Origin: Vicinamibacteria bacterium | Lineage (GTDB): Bacteria > Acidobacteriota > Vicinamibacteria > Marinacidobacterales > Marinacidobacteraceae | Assembly (NCBI GenBank): GCA_964291235.2 | Contig: OZ219816.1 | Coordinates: 1,056,001-1,120,000 of the forward strand | DNA: 64,000 bases | Reading direction: 5' to 3' | In this document: one piece after another, positions 28,264-37,571 of the stretch | Layout: the number at the start of each line of letters is the position of its first letter | How positions within the stretch are numbered: the stretch's first letter is position 1 | Notes under the pieces: model-generated | Database searches by the model: none | Told to the model about the DNA's origin: nothing | What the model saw: only the letters and a program-made list of their open reading frames with translations | Program-made: the position numbers and the translations under genes

Positions 28264-30417
28264 ATGAAATCCGCTCTGTGTCTCCGACGCCGGAGAATTG
28301 CCGTCGCTGCCGCCCTCGTGCTTCTGGCGGCGCTCCCTGGGGGAGCTGACGAACGGGTGGACCGCCTGCCCGAAGAACATCGGGTCTGGCTGGAGGAAGA
28401 GGTCGTCTACATCATCACCGAGGCGGAGCGGGAGGTCTTTCTGGGGGTAGAGGGGTTCGAGGAGCGCGAACATTTCATCGACGCGTTCTGGCAGCGGAGA
28501 GATCCCGTCCCGGCCACCAGGGAGAACGAGTTCAGGATCGAGCACTACGAGCGTCTCGACTACGCCAACGCCTTCCTCGGCCGCGATGCGCCCCGGCCCG
28601 GTTGGCAAACCGACCGCGGCCGTCACTGGATCATCCTCGGCGAGCCCCGTCAGCGGGAGCAGTTCGATGGCCGCAACGAGGTGGTGAGCATCGACCTCTG
28701 GACCTACCAGGGCGACACCAAGCTCGGCTTGCCCCCGCGCTTCAACCTGATGTTCTTCAAGAAGGAGGACATCGGCGAATACGAGCTGTACCACCCGTGG
28801 GCGGACGGACCGGACGCCCTGGTTCGCCGCGGCGAACTGCTGCGGAACCGCCAGCACGCCGCGGTGGACATTCTCGAAGTGGTATCCATGGATGTGGCGC
28901 GGGCCAGCCTGGTCGTGGATCTGACCGACCCGCACGCCGACTTCCTGTCGGCAACGAACACCATCGCCCCTCGCCTTGACACCGTGCGGCCTTCGATGAG
29001 CGTGGACAAGAACTTTGCGGACATCGCCGAATCGCCCTACCGGCTGGTGGATCTCGACGAGATCGAGGGGTACCTGCGCTACGGCGATCGGGTAACCGCC
29101 GAGTACTCGTTCCGGTTCGTGAAGAGCGAGGCCGATTTTCGGGTGCTGGTGGGGCCTCGGAACACGCCCTTCATCCACTACAGCGTGAAGTTCGCTCCGG
29201 AGGACTTCGCCCTGGAGTTCGACGACCGCGAATACATGTACCGGACGACTCTCGATGTGGATCTCGAGTTGAGGACGCTCGACGGACAGCTCGTGGCCAT
29301 GCAGCGAAACGAACCCGAGATCACCCTGACCGAGAGCCAGCAACTGGAGGTATCCCGCCACCCGTTCGCCTACCGGGACAACCTTCCGGTAATTCCCGGG
29401 GACTACGAGGTGAGCGTGATCGTCCGGAACCGGGCCACGCAGCAATACACAGTGGTGAGCGCCGAGGTCCGGGTACCCGCGACCGGGCCCACCGCGGTCG
29501 GCCTCGCAGACCTGATTCTCGCCTATCGGGTGGAGCGCGGGGTCGAGTTCTCGGGCGGGCTCCCCTTCGGAACCTTCCAGTTCGGAGCGGCGGTTCTCGA
29601 GCCTTCGGTCGGAGGGGTGTTCGCGGCGAGCGACACGCTGAGCGTGGCCTCCCAGCCGGTGAATGCCGGCGCCGAGCATCAGGTGCGACTGCGCATCGTC
29701 CCCGGAGATTCTCCCGACGCGAAAACGGAGACCTCCGCTCCGCCGCTCGTCGAGCGGGTCATCTCCGCGGGCACCGCCGGTTCTCCACCGATCGAGGACT
29801 TTCCGCTCACCGAGATTGGCGCCGGACGGTACCTGGTAACGGCGGAGCTGCTGGACGGGGCGGGCACGGTGGTTGCCTCGAGGGAGGCTCCCCTCCTCGT
29901 TTCGCCCCGCGCGGCGGTGGACCGCCCGGGCTTCATCGTGCGTCGTTCCTTCGCGGGTCACGTCCCGGGACTTCTCGCCCTCGCCCTTGGCGAGCAGTTC
30001 ATGGCGCACGGACGAATTCCGGAGGCGACCATCGCTTTCCGGGAAGCCACCGCCAACCCGGCTTTGCCGATGGCGCGCTGGAAACTCGCGAGCGCGTTGC
30101 TGTTCGCCCGAGAGGCGGATGAAGCACTCGATCTGCTGCTTCCTATCGAGGCGGAGTACCCGAACGAGATCGAAGTGACCGAGGGGGTCGGGTTCGCCTA
30201 CTACATTCGGCGAGAGTGCAACGAAGCACTTCCCCGGCTCGAGCATGCCCTCAGCCTGCGCGCGGCCGATCCCTCGCTGTTGAACGCGCTCGGGGACTGC
30301 CACGAACAACAGGGCGATGGGGAGCGGGCTCGTGAGATGTTCGAGCGCTCCCTGGAGTTGAATCCCGGGCAGCAGGGCGTTCGCGACCGCCTGGCGGGGC
30401 TCGGCGACCCCCGCTGA
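28264..30417 (+). CDS. GWxTD-domain protein with C-terminal TPRs
   Basis: WLEEEVVYIIT..ER..F...FW..RDP.P.T.ENEF..EHY.R, PGWQTDRGR; TPR-like helices at the C-terminus. Confidence 0.85.
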   Translation: MKSALCLRRRRIAVAAALVLLAALPGGADERVDRLPEEHRVWLEEEVVYIITEAEREVFLGVEGFEEREHFIDAFWQRRDPVPATRENEFRIEHYERLDYANAFLGRDAPRPGWQTDRGRHWIILGEPRQREQFDGRNEVVSIDLWTYQGDTKLGLPPRFNLMFFKKEDIGEYELYHPWADGPDALVRRGELLRNRQHAAVDILEVVSMDVARASLVVDLTDPHADFLSATNTIAPRLDTVRPSMSVDKNFADIAESPYRLVDLDEIEGYLRYGDRVTAEYSFRFVKSEADFRVLVGPRNTPFIHYSVKFAPEDFALEFDDREYMYRTTLDVDLELRTLDGQLVAMQRNEPEITLTESQQLEVSRHPFAYRDNLPVIPGDYEVSVIVRNRATQQYTVVSAEVRVPATGPTAVGLADLILAYRVERGVEFSGGLPFGTFQFGAAVLEPSVGGVFAASDTLSVASQPVNAGAEHQVRLRIVPGDSPDAKTETSAPPLVERVISAGTAGSPPIEDFPLTEIGAGRYLVTAELLDGAGTVVASREAPLLVSPRAAVDRPGFIVRRSFAGHVPGLLALALGEQFMAHGRIPEATIAFREATANPALPMARWKLASALLFAREADEALDLLLPIEAEYPNEIEVTEGVGFAYYIRRECNEALPRLEHALSLRAADPSLLNALGDCHEQQGDGERAREMFERSLELNPGQQGVRDRLAGLGDPR

Positions 30418-30453
30418 ACCCGGCGCCGCCGCAGCACCCGATCGCGCGGATCC

Positions 30454-31386
30454 ATGGGTTGGGAGCCTGTCCCGCTACCCAACGGCAAGCGCTTTCAGCG
30501 CGACTACCCGCTCGCGCCGTTGACGACGCTTGGGGTCGGGGGGGCGGCTGACTGGTTTGTCGAGGCCGGTGACGAAGACGAACTGCTGGCGGCGCTCGCC
30601 GCCGCCGGAAACGCCGGAGTCCGGGTGACCGTGCTCGGTGGTGGATCCAACGTGCTGGTGTCGGACGACGGGGTCCGCGACCTGGTGATCCGGGTCCGGG
30701 GCGGTTCGGCGCGCCGGATCGGTGCGGACACGGTTCGGGCATTTTCCGGGATGAGCGTGAACGGGCTGGTCCGCTGGTCCATTCAGCGCGGGCTGGAGGG
30801 GCTGGAGACGTGGGCGGGGACCCCCGGGACGGTGGGCGGAGCCATCCACGGAAATGCCCACTTCGGCGGCCGGGAGGTGAGCGAACTGGTGACCGGCCTG
30901 CGCATCGCCGGTGTACAGGGTCGGGTGCGAACACTTCGCAGGGACGCCCTGGAACTCGGACCCGGTGGGGCCGCGCTCGGAGAGCAGGGGGGCGTCCTCC
31001 TGTCGGCCGACTTCGGAATTCGAGCGGGGGAACCGGATGAGCTGCGCCGGCGGGCCAGGGCATCCCTCGCGTTCCGCAAACGGACCCAGCCGCTCGGGGT
31101 GCCGAGCGCCGGCTGCGCCTTCCGGAACCCGGATCCCACCCGTGTCTCCCTGCCGCCGGGTGTTCCCTGTGCGGCGGGCGCGCTGCTCGACCGGGCCGGA
31201 ATGAAAGGCGTGGCGGTAGGTGGAGCCCGCGTGTCGGAGGTCCACGCGAATTTCCTGAGCGCGGACCCCGGCGCCACTGCGGCGGACGTGCACCGGTTGC
31301 TCGGGGTATGTGCGGAGGCGGTGAAGAGGGTTTTCGGGGTGACGCTGGTTCCCGAAATCGTCCTCCTGGGAGACTTCCCTTCTTGA
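30454..31386 (+). CDS. murB: UDP-N-acetylmuramate dehydrogenase
   Basis: TTLGVGGAA, LGGGSNVLVSD, PGTVGGA..GNA, TQP..PSAGCAFRNP, VSEVHANF. Confidence 0.93.
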   Translation: MGWEPVPLPNGKRFQRDYPLAPLTTLGVGGAADWFVEAGDEDELLAALAAAGNAGVRVTVLGGGSNVLVSDDGVRDLVIRVRGGSARRIGADTVRAFSGMSVNGLVRWSIQRGLEGLETWAGTPGTVGGAIHGNAHFGGREVSELVTGLRIAGVQGRVRTLRRDALELGPGGAALGEQGGVLLSADFGIRAGEPDELRRRARASLAFRKRTQPLGVPSAGCAFRNPDPTRVSLPPGVPCAAGALLDRAGMKGVAVGGARVSEVHANFLSADPGATAADVHRLLGVCAEAVKRVFGVTLVPEIVLLGDFPS

Positions 31387-32669
31387 CTCGGTCCGACCTC
31401 TCACCGACGAGCCTGATCGTTGAGGGCGGTGTGCGCCTGGAGGGTCAGGTGACGGTCGAAGGAAACAAGAACGCGGCCCTGCCGCTGCTCGCCGCCTGCC
31501 TGCTCACCGATCAGTGGTGTGAACTCCGCAACATGCCCGCCATCCGGGATGTCATCACCATGGCAGAGGTGATGCAGGGCATGGGAGCCGAGGTGGAACG
31601 CACGGGAGAGGGGAGCGTCAGGGTCCGCGCTGCCGATCTCCAGAGCGAGGAGCCGGATCCTGCCGGGGTGGGGCGCCTGCGGGGGTCGGTGCTCCTCGCG
31701 GCGCCGATCCTGGCCCGCCGGGGCAGGGTCCGGATGGGGGAGCCGGGGGGCGACTTCGCCGGGCGCCGGAGCCTCGAGGTGCATCTGTCGGCCCTTCGCG
31801 CCCTCGGGGTCCGGGAGGCCGCGGGGCCGGGACACTTCCTGGAGGCTCCCGACGGCCTGCGGGCGGCCTCGATCTATCTCGAGGAGGCCTCGGTGACCGG
31901 AACGGAAACCGCGATCCTGGCGGCGGCCGGAGCGGAGGGCATCTCCGAGATCCGTCACGCGGCCTGCGAACCCCATGTCGTCGAGTTGTGCGGCTTCTTG
32001 CAGAAGATGGGGATTCAGGTGGAGGGAGCCGGTACCCCCACCGTGCGGGTAGCCGGAGGAAAGCGGCCGGTCGGCGCGTCCTGGACGCTCGCCGGGGACT
32101 TCGTGGAGGCGGGCAGTTGGGCGGCGGCCGCCGCGCTGACCCGGGGAACGGTGGAGATCCGGGGAGCGCGCGCCGGGGACCTGGAGCCGATCGTCGCCGT
32201 CTTTCGTCGTCTTGGGGTGGCGATCACTCTCGACGAGGATCGCCTCGTCGTCGAGCCCTCCTCCCTGAAGGCGGCCCGGCGCATCACGACCGCGCCCTGG
32301 CCCGGATTCCCAAGCGACATGGTGAGTCTCACGACGGTTCTGGCGACTGCCGCCGAGGGCGCCACCCTGGTTCACGACTGGATGTACGAACTCCGCCTCT
32401 TTTCGCTGGAACAGTTGATCGGCATGGGCGCGGACATGTTCCTGTGTGATCCGCACCGCGTGATCGTGACCGGGCCGACCCGCCTCCGGGGCAGGGATCT
32501 CGACGCCCGCGACATCCGGTCGGGCATGGCGCTGATCGCGGCGGCGCTGGCCGCGTCCGGTGAGAGTCGCATCACTCCCCTCGAGACCGTGCAGCGGGGC
32601 TATGCCGATCTGCCGGCCAAGCTCCGCTCCCTGGGCGCCGCGGTTGAATTGAGGCGCGCCTCCGTCTAA
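31383..32669 (+). CDS. murA: UDP-N-acetylglucosamine 1-carboxyvinyltransferase (Asp variant)
   Basis: GNKNAALP, LRGSVL, PGGDFAGRR, SVTGTE, PWPGFPSD, DIRSG, QRGY; TTG start overlapping the murB stop is inferred. Confidence 0.92.
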   Translation: MTRSDLSPTSLIVEGGVRLEGQVTVEGNKNAALPLLAACLLTDQWCELRNMPAIRDVITMAEVMQGMGAEVERTGEGSVRVRAADLQSEEPDPAGVGRLRGSVLLAAPILARRGRVRMGEPGGDFAGRRSLEVHLSALRALGVREAAGPGHFLEAPDGLRAASIYLEEASVTGTETAILAAAGAEGISEIRHAACEPHVVELCGFLQKMGIQVEGAGTPTVRVAGGKRPVGASWTLAGDFVEAGSWAAAAALTRGTVEIRGARAGDLEPIVAVFRRLGVAITLDEDRLVVEPSSLKAARRITTAPWPGFPSDMVSLTTVLATAAEGATLVHDWMYELRLFSLEQLIGMGADMFLCDPHRVIVTGPTRLRGRDLDARDIRSGMALIAAALAASGESRITPLETVQRGYADLPAKLRSLGAAVELRRASV

Positions 32670-34801
32670 TGCGCGTCTCCATCTGACGCCGGCAGATACC
32701 GCTCCCGAAACTTCTCGATCGCCGGCAGCAGGGACTGGCGGTCGTGGAGGGTGCCGGCGAACAGGTCGCCGAGCCGGTCGAGACGTTCCGGGAGGCTGAT
32801 GATCGTGAAGCGCTCGGGACGCAGGTCTCCATCGAGTTCGTCCCAGTCAAGCGGGGTCGAAACCGAGGCAGCCGGTACCGGCCGCGCCGCGTACGGAGGG
32901 ACCACGGTCTGCCCGCGCCGGTTCTGGAGGAAGTCCAGATAGACCCGTCCACCCCGCCGGGACGTCGGGCGCTCGACGGTCGCGATGTCACGGTGTTCCG
33001 CGGCGACATGAGTGGAGACCGCCTCGGCGAACTGACGAACCACATCGTAGGGATAGATCGGTTCCAGCGGCACGTAGATGTGCAGTCCGGTGGCGCCGGA
33101 TGTCTTCAGGTAGGGACGAAGGCCAATTCCCCGAAGCACCTTGCCGAAGGCCCGGGCGAGACGCACCACGTCGCTGAAGGGGCCCCCGCCGGGATCCAGG
33201 TCGAAGACCGCCCAGTCGGGAGTCTCCCGGTGGGTTCGGCGGGAGAGCCACGGGTGGATGTCGATGCTGCCCAGATTGGCGGCGTAGAGGAGCGCTGCCG
33301 CGTCGCTGACGATGAGATAACGGATCGTTTCGCCCCGATGTCCCGACGGGATGTCCTCGCTCACGATCCATTCCGGCGTGTGGTCGGGCAGGTCCTTCTG
33401 GTAAAAGGCCTTGCCCTCCACGCCGTCGGGATAACGGAGGAGGTGCGCCGGGCGCTCGTGCAGATAGGGAAGGAGATGCCCCGCGACGCGGTCGTAGTAG
33501 CGGATCAGGTCCCCTTTCGTGTAGCCGTGAGCGGGCCAGAAGACCTTGTTGAGATTGCTGAAGCGGAGCGGCTGGGTCGAGTCTCTTGCGGCTCGCTGGC
33601 GTGAGAGGCCGGCGAGCAGGTGCTCCGAGGGATCCCGGGCTCCCGCCCGGCGCGCCGGAATGCGGAGGCAGTCCGCAGCTCCGGACATCCCCCCGGGCGC
33701 GGTTGGTTCCACGGGGTACGACGCAGCACCTCGCCGCGCGATGGTTCCCGGAAGTCCGGCGGCCTCGCAGGTCGCATGGAACTCCGCTCCGCGGACGGCG
33801 ACATGCTCTCCGAAGAGCAGGCTGCTTTCGGGCGGCAGTAGCGTGGAAAGGAGTTCCTTCCGCTCCAGCAGGGGGACGTTTCGCACGTCCCACTCCTCAT
33901 ACCGGAGCAGGTCGTTCAGGTAGAGCGAGACCGGAATCGATAGGTCTCCCGCCACCCGCGCCTCCACCCGTTCCAGCGAGGGCCGTTCGGCCGCATCCGT
34001 GCTCACCAGCGTCCCGTGGGCGAGGAACTCCTCGGCACGCACCGCTTCGGCGCCGGCCAGGATCTCCGGCAGGTCGAGTCGGGTTCCTTCGGCCGCGCGC
34101 TCCACGAACACCTTTCCCCCGCGGCGTCCGAGAAAGACCCCGATCCCGTCGAGCTGGGGCTCGAAGATCCAGTCCTGATCGGTGAACGCGTCTCGTTCGG
34201 TGTCCGGCAGGACCGGGACCGGACGGGGTTCTCCAGTCCACGGCGCCGCCGAGCTCAGGTCGAAGAACGGTTGGCGGTCCGACTCCTGGCGCGCGTAGCG
34301 GTCGCGTCCCTTGAACAGGAGCCATTCGTCCTCACCGCGTCTGGTCTTCACCATGTGCCAGGAGCCGCGGAGCTTGCGGCCGCAGAGGTGCACCACGAGT
34401 TTCCCCGCCTCGATTCCCGCGGCGCCCTGATCTTCGCCACCTTCGGTCAGTTGGTAGGTGCCCCGGTCCCAGATTGACATCGTCCCGCCCCCATATTCCC
34501 CTTCCGGAATGACTCCTTCGAAATGGGTGTAAGCGAGCGGGTGATCCTCGGTTCGAACCGCGAGTTTCTTGACCTCGGGGTCGTAGCAAAAACCCCTGGG
34601 GACGGCCCACGACCGGAGCACGCCGTGCATTTCCAGTCTCAGGTCGTAGTGGAGGCGGCGGGCTTCATGCCGGTGCACCACGAAGCGCCTACCGGCCGGC
34701 GCGGCCACTTCCGAGGCGGTTTTCGACGGGGGCTCCGGAGTGCGGCCGAAGTCCCGCTTTTCCTCGTAGGCGGCAATCGTCTTTGGTCGTTTGTCAGGCA
34801 T
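32666..34801 (-). CDS. ligD: LigD-like NHEJ protein (phosphoesterase + degenerate ligase + primase/polymerase)
   Basis: YEEKRDF.RTPEP, HEARRLHYDLRLE, EDHPLAY (PE); SNLNKVFWP..YTKGDLIRYY, FYQK, FDLDPG, KTSGATGLH, DFLQN (POL); ligase motif I reads EPQLDG. Confidence 0.85.
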   Translation of the reverse strand: MPDKRPKTIAAYEEKRDFGRTPEPPSKTASEVAAPAGRRFVVHRHEARRLHYDLRLEMHGVLRSWAVPRGFCYDPEVKKLAVRTEDHPLAYTHFEGVIPEGEYGGGTMSIWDRGTYQLTEGGEDQGAAGIEAGKLVVHLCGRKLRGSWHMVKTRRGEDEWLLFKGRDRYARQESDRQPFFDLSSAAPWTGEPRPVPVLPDTERDAFTDQDWIFEPQLDGIGVFLGRRGGKVFVERAAEGTRLDLPEILAGAEAVRAEEFLAHGTLVSTDAAERPSLERVEARVAGDLSIPVSLYLNDLLRYEEWDVRNVPLLERKELLSTLLPPESSLLFGEHVAVRGAEFHATCEAAGLPGTIARRGAASYPVEPTAPGGMSGAADCLRIPARRAGARDPSEHLLAGLSRQRAARDSTQPLRFSNLNKVFWPAHGYTKGDLIRYYDRVAGHLLPYLHERPAHLLRYPDGVEGKAFYQKDLPDHTPEWIVSEDIPSGHRGETIRYLIVSDAAALLYAANLGSIDIHPWLSRRTHRETPDWAVFDLDPGGGPFSDVVRLARAFGKVLRGIGLRPYLKTSGATGLHIYVPLEPIYPYDVVRQFAEAVSTHVAAEHRDIATVERPTSRRGGRVYLDFLQNRRGQTVVPPYAARPVPAASVSTPLDWDELDGDLRPERFTIISLPERLDRLGDLFAGTLHDRQSLLPAIEKFRERYLPASDGDAH

Positions 34802-34904
34802 TGTTCGGCGGCAGCAGGCGCCGGTCCGGCCCCTTCATTCTGGCGTCTCGCGGGCCGCCCCGGCGCGGCGGGCCGCGGACCGCTTTTGCCGGCGGCGTCA
34901 GCGC

Positions 34905-34932
34905 TTGACAGCGGACCGGGGCGCGCTAGTCT
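34905..34932 (+). promoter_or_regulatory. Putative sigma70 promoter
   Basis: TTGACA (34905-34910), 16-bp spacer, TAGTCT (34927-34932). Confidence 0.5.
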
Positions 34933-35130
34933 GCCGTTGCCCTGCCGGTTCCCCGCAATCGGCGCTTTGGGTGCGCTCGTCCCGTGCGCGGCTCCAAGGG
35001 TCCGGGTTTCCGGGCCCACCTCCATCCGTCTCCTTCCTTCCTCACGGAGCCAGAACGGGACACCTTTCACCGGACTCGCCGGAGCCGCGCCGACCAGCAA
35101 CTGTATCCGGTCGAGGAATCCCAGCCTCGG

Positions 35131-35340
35131 ATGAGCGCCCCCGTGTCTGTAGAGACCACCGTAACGGCGCCCGCGGAGGTCCCCCAGCGGCCTTGTCTCG
35201 CCGAGGGAATCCATCACGCCCCGGGTCGTGTCGGGGGAGAAGCGGAGGACCGATCCCTTCACCTGGTGCCAGCCCGCCGGATACCATCCGGGAGCGCCTC
35301 CTGGACGACGGAGGTTGCGGAAGGCGAGATTCGGAAATGA
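35131..35340 (+). CDS. Possible small hypothetical protein (69 aa)
   Basis: ATG with GAGGA upstream; stop overlaps the next ATG (ATGA); no recognisable motif. Confidence 0.25.
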   Translation: MSAPVSVETTVTAPAEVPQRPCLAEGIHHAPGRVGGEAEDRSLHLVPARRIPSGSASWTTEVAEGEIRK

Positions 35341-37532
35341 CACGAGTTCAGGAAGTTGGCGCGTCGGATCTCCCGGTTTCCGGTTTCCCCGCCGGAGTCT
35401 TCGCGGTGCTCCTCGCGACGCTGGCACTTCTGCCGGCCGGCTGCGGTCAGCCCGCCGAGGCGCCCCCGATGACCCTCGAGGACATCCTCGACATCCGGCA
35501 CCCAACGGAGCCGGTCTGGACCCCCGACGGCTCGGAGGTCATCTTTGTCTGGGATCTCAACCAGCAGATGGACCTTTATGCGGTCGAGCCGGGTTCCGGG
35601 GAGCCGCCGCGGCAGTTGACGCGGTGGGGTGACTCCTACGAGGAGATCGCGATTCTGTTCTGGGGTGCGGATGGTGACTTCCTGTTTTTCACGCGGAACG
35701 GGCGGCTCTACCAGATGAACCCGGAGCTTGCCGGAACTCTCCGGTCGGTCTTCGAGGACGAGCCGGGAGGCGAGTCCGGCTTTGCGCCGTCGCTGGACCG
35801 TCGCCGGATCGCGTTTTCGCGGGACGGGGATCTGTACGTTCGCGATCTTGCGGATGGCGCCGAGATGCAGTTGACCCGCACGGACGACCGTTCGGAAGAA
35901 GGGGCCGTTTGGTCACCGGACGGGAGGTTCCTTGCCTATACGGTCTCGACTCGCGACACGGTGGATGAGTCCGACGAGATCTCCGGCGCGAAGTTGGTGT
36001 ACCGCCGCTTCGTCGGAACGCCGCCCGACCTCTGGGCGGCCCCGGTGGTCCGGAACGGGGTTGCCCGGCGCATCGCGGCCGGGCCCGGCTCCGAGTCGAG
36101 TCCCCGCTGGCTCGACACGGCGCGCCTGGTCTTCCAGGAGGTCTCCCCGGACTATCGCACCCGTTCGGTGGTCCTGGCCGACCTCCGGGACGGCTCCCTT
36201 CGCACTCTCCACCGCACCGAGGACGAGAAGTGGTGGAGCCTCAACTATCTGGGCGCCGAACCGCGGCCCTCTCCGGACGGCGAGTGGGTGGCGCTCGTGG
36301 ACGATTCCTCGGGCTGGGATCAACTGGTCGTCGTCTCGGTTGCCGACGGATCCGCTCACTCCCTGACCGGAGAGGGCGAGGAGGCGCGGCGGTTCGCCTG
36401 GGCGCCGGACGGCAGCGTGCTCGCTTGGGACGCGAATCCCGACCATCCCGGCCAGCGCCAACTCTTCGCGGTGGATACCGCACAACTGCCCGACGCCACC
36501 CCGAGGCGCCTCACCTCGGCGCGCGGCACGAACACCCAGTCAACCAGCGCGACGGGGTTCCGACTCAGCGCGGAACACGGAGGGTTGGCTCCCGATGGAA
36601 GCCGAATCGTGTTTCAGCACGCGGGCCCCCGCGCCCCGCCGGATCTGTTCGTAGTGCCGAGCAGCGGTGCCGGCGAAGCGGAACGGCTCACGAATTCGAT
36701 ACCCGAGTCGCTGGACCCCGTGCACTTCACGGAAGGTGAATTCATCCACTTTCCGGCGCGGGACGGCGGGGAGGTTCCTGGGTACCTGTTCGTACCCGAA
36801 GGGCTCGACCGTTCCGTCCGGCATCCGGCGGTCGTCTGGGTGCACGGGGACGGGATCGCCCAAAACTACGACGGTTGGCACATCCGCCGGGATTACGGCG
36901 TGTACCACTCGTTCCATCAGCTGCTCGCCTCCGAGGGTTACGTCGTGCTCATGCCCGACTATCGGGGGAGCATCGGCTACGGCCGCGACTTTCGGCAGGA
37001 GTCCTACCGCGATGTCGGCGGAGGGGACTACCAGGATGTCGCCGCGGCGGGTGACTACCTCAAGACGCTTGAGTTCGTGAACCCTGACGGCATCGGGGTG
37101 TGGGGGCTCAGCTACGGTGGCTTCATGACGATGCAGGCGCTCACGCTCGACCCCACGCTGTTCGCGGCCGGCGTGAACGTCGCCGGGGTCGGGGACTTCA
37201 GCCTTTGGTTCGAAGACCCCGGCGGGCCGTGGGTGGTGGGGCGTATGGGGACTCCCGAAGACAACCCGGCCGTCTATGAGTTGGCGGCGCCCGCCCAACG
37301 GATAGAACGCGTCGAGCGGCCGCTTCTCATGCTGCACGGGACGGCGGACGTCAACGTGGAGTATTTCGAATCCATCAATCTGGCCGACCGGTTGCTACGG
37401 GGCGGCAAGGACTTCGAGTTCGTCACCTATCCGGGCGAGTTCCACTACTTCCACCGGGAACATGTCCTGCGTGACGCCTGGACCCGGGTCGGCCGCTTTT
37501 TCGACGAACACCTCGGGCCGCGTGCCCCCTAG
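35337..37532 (+). CDS. S9-family (prolyl oligopeptidase/DPP-like) peptidase, probable lipoprotein
   Basis: LPAGC lipobox-like; PD40 repeats; GVWGLSYGG nucleophile, HGTADVNV, YPGEFH. Confidence 0.88.
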   Translation: MTRVQEVGASDLPVSGFPAGVFAVLLATLALLPAGCGQPAEAPPMTLEDILDIRHPTEPVWTPDGSEVIFVWDLNQQMDLYAVEPGSGEPPRQLTRWGDSYEEIAILFWGADGDFLFFTRNGRLYQMNPELAGTLRSVFEDEPGGESGFAPSLDRRRIAFSRDGDLYVRDLADGAEMQLTRTDDRSEEGAVWSPDGRFLAYTVSTRDTVDESDEISGAKLVYRRFVGTPPDLWAAPVVRNGVARRIAAGPGSESSPRWLDTARLVFQEVSPDYRTRSVVLADLRDGSLRTLHRTEDEKWWSLNYLGAEPRPSPDGEWVALVDDSSGWDQLVVVSVADGSAHSLTGEGEEARRFAWAPDGSVLAWDANPDHPGQRQLFAVDTAQLPDATPRRLTSARGTNTQSTSATGFRLSAEHGGLAPDGSRIVFQHAGPRAPPDLFVVPSSGAGEAERLTNSIPESLDPVHFTEGEFIHFPARDGGEVPGYLFVPEGLDRSVRHPAVVWVHGDGIAQNYDGWHIRRDYGVYHSFHQLLASEGYVVLMPDYRGSIGYGRDFRQESYRDVGGGDYQDVAAAGDYLKTLEFVNPDGIGVWGLSYGGFMTMQALTLDPTLFAAGVNVAGVGDFSLWFEDPGGPWVVGRMGTPEDNPAVYELAAPAQRIERVERPLLMLHGTADVNVEYFESINLADRLLRGGKDFEFVTYPGEFHYFHREHVLRDAWTRVGRFFDEHLGPRAP

Positions 37533-37571
37533 ACCCCCGCGCCCCGGGCGGAGCTAACCAGGCGGATTCCG

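Noticed and set aside
34990-35030. tRNA/tmRNA 3' end
   Set aside because: Hairpin lacks a proper T-loop (GTTCRA) and CCA acceptor stem; no tRNA, including tRNA-Sec, was recognised in the window.
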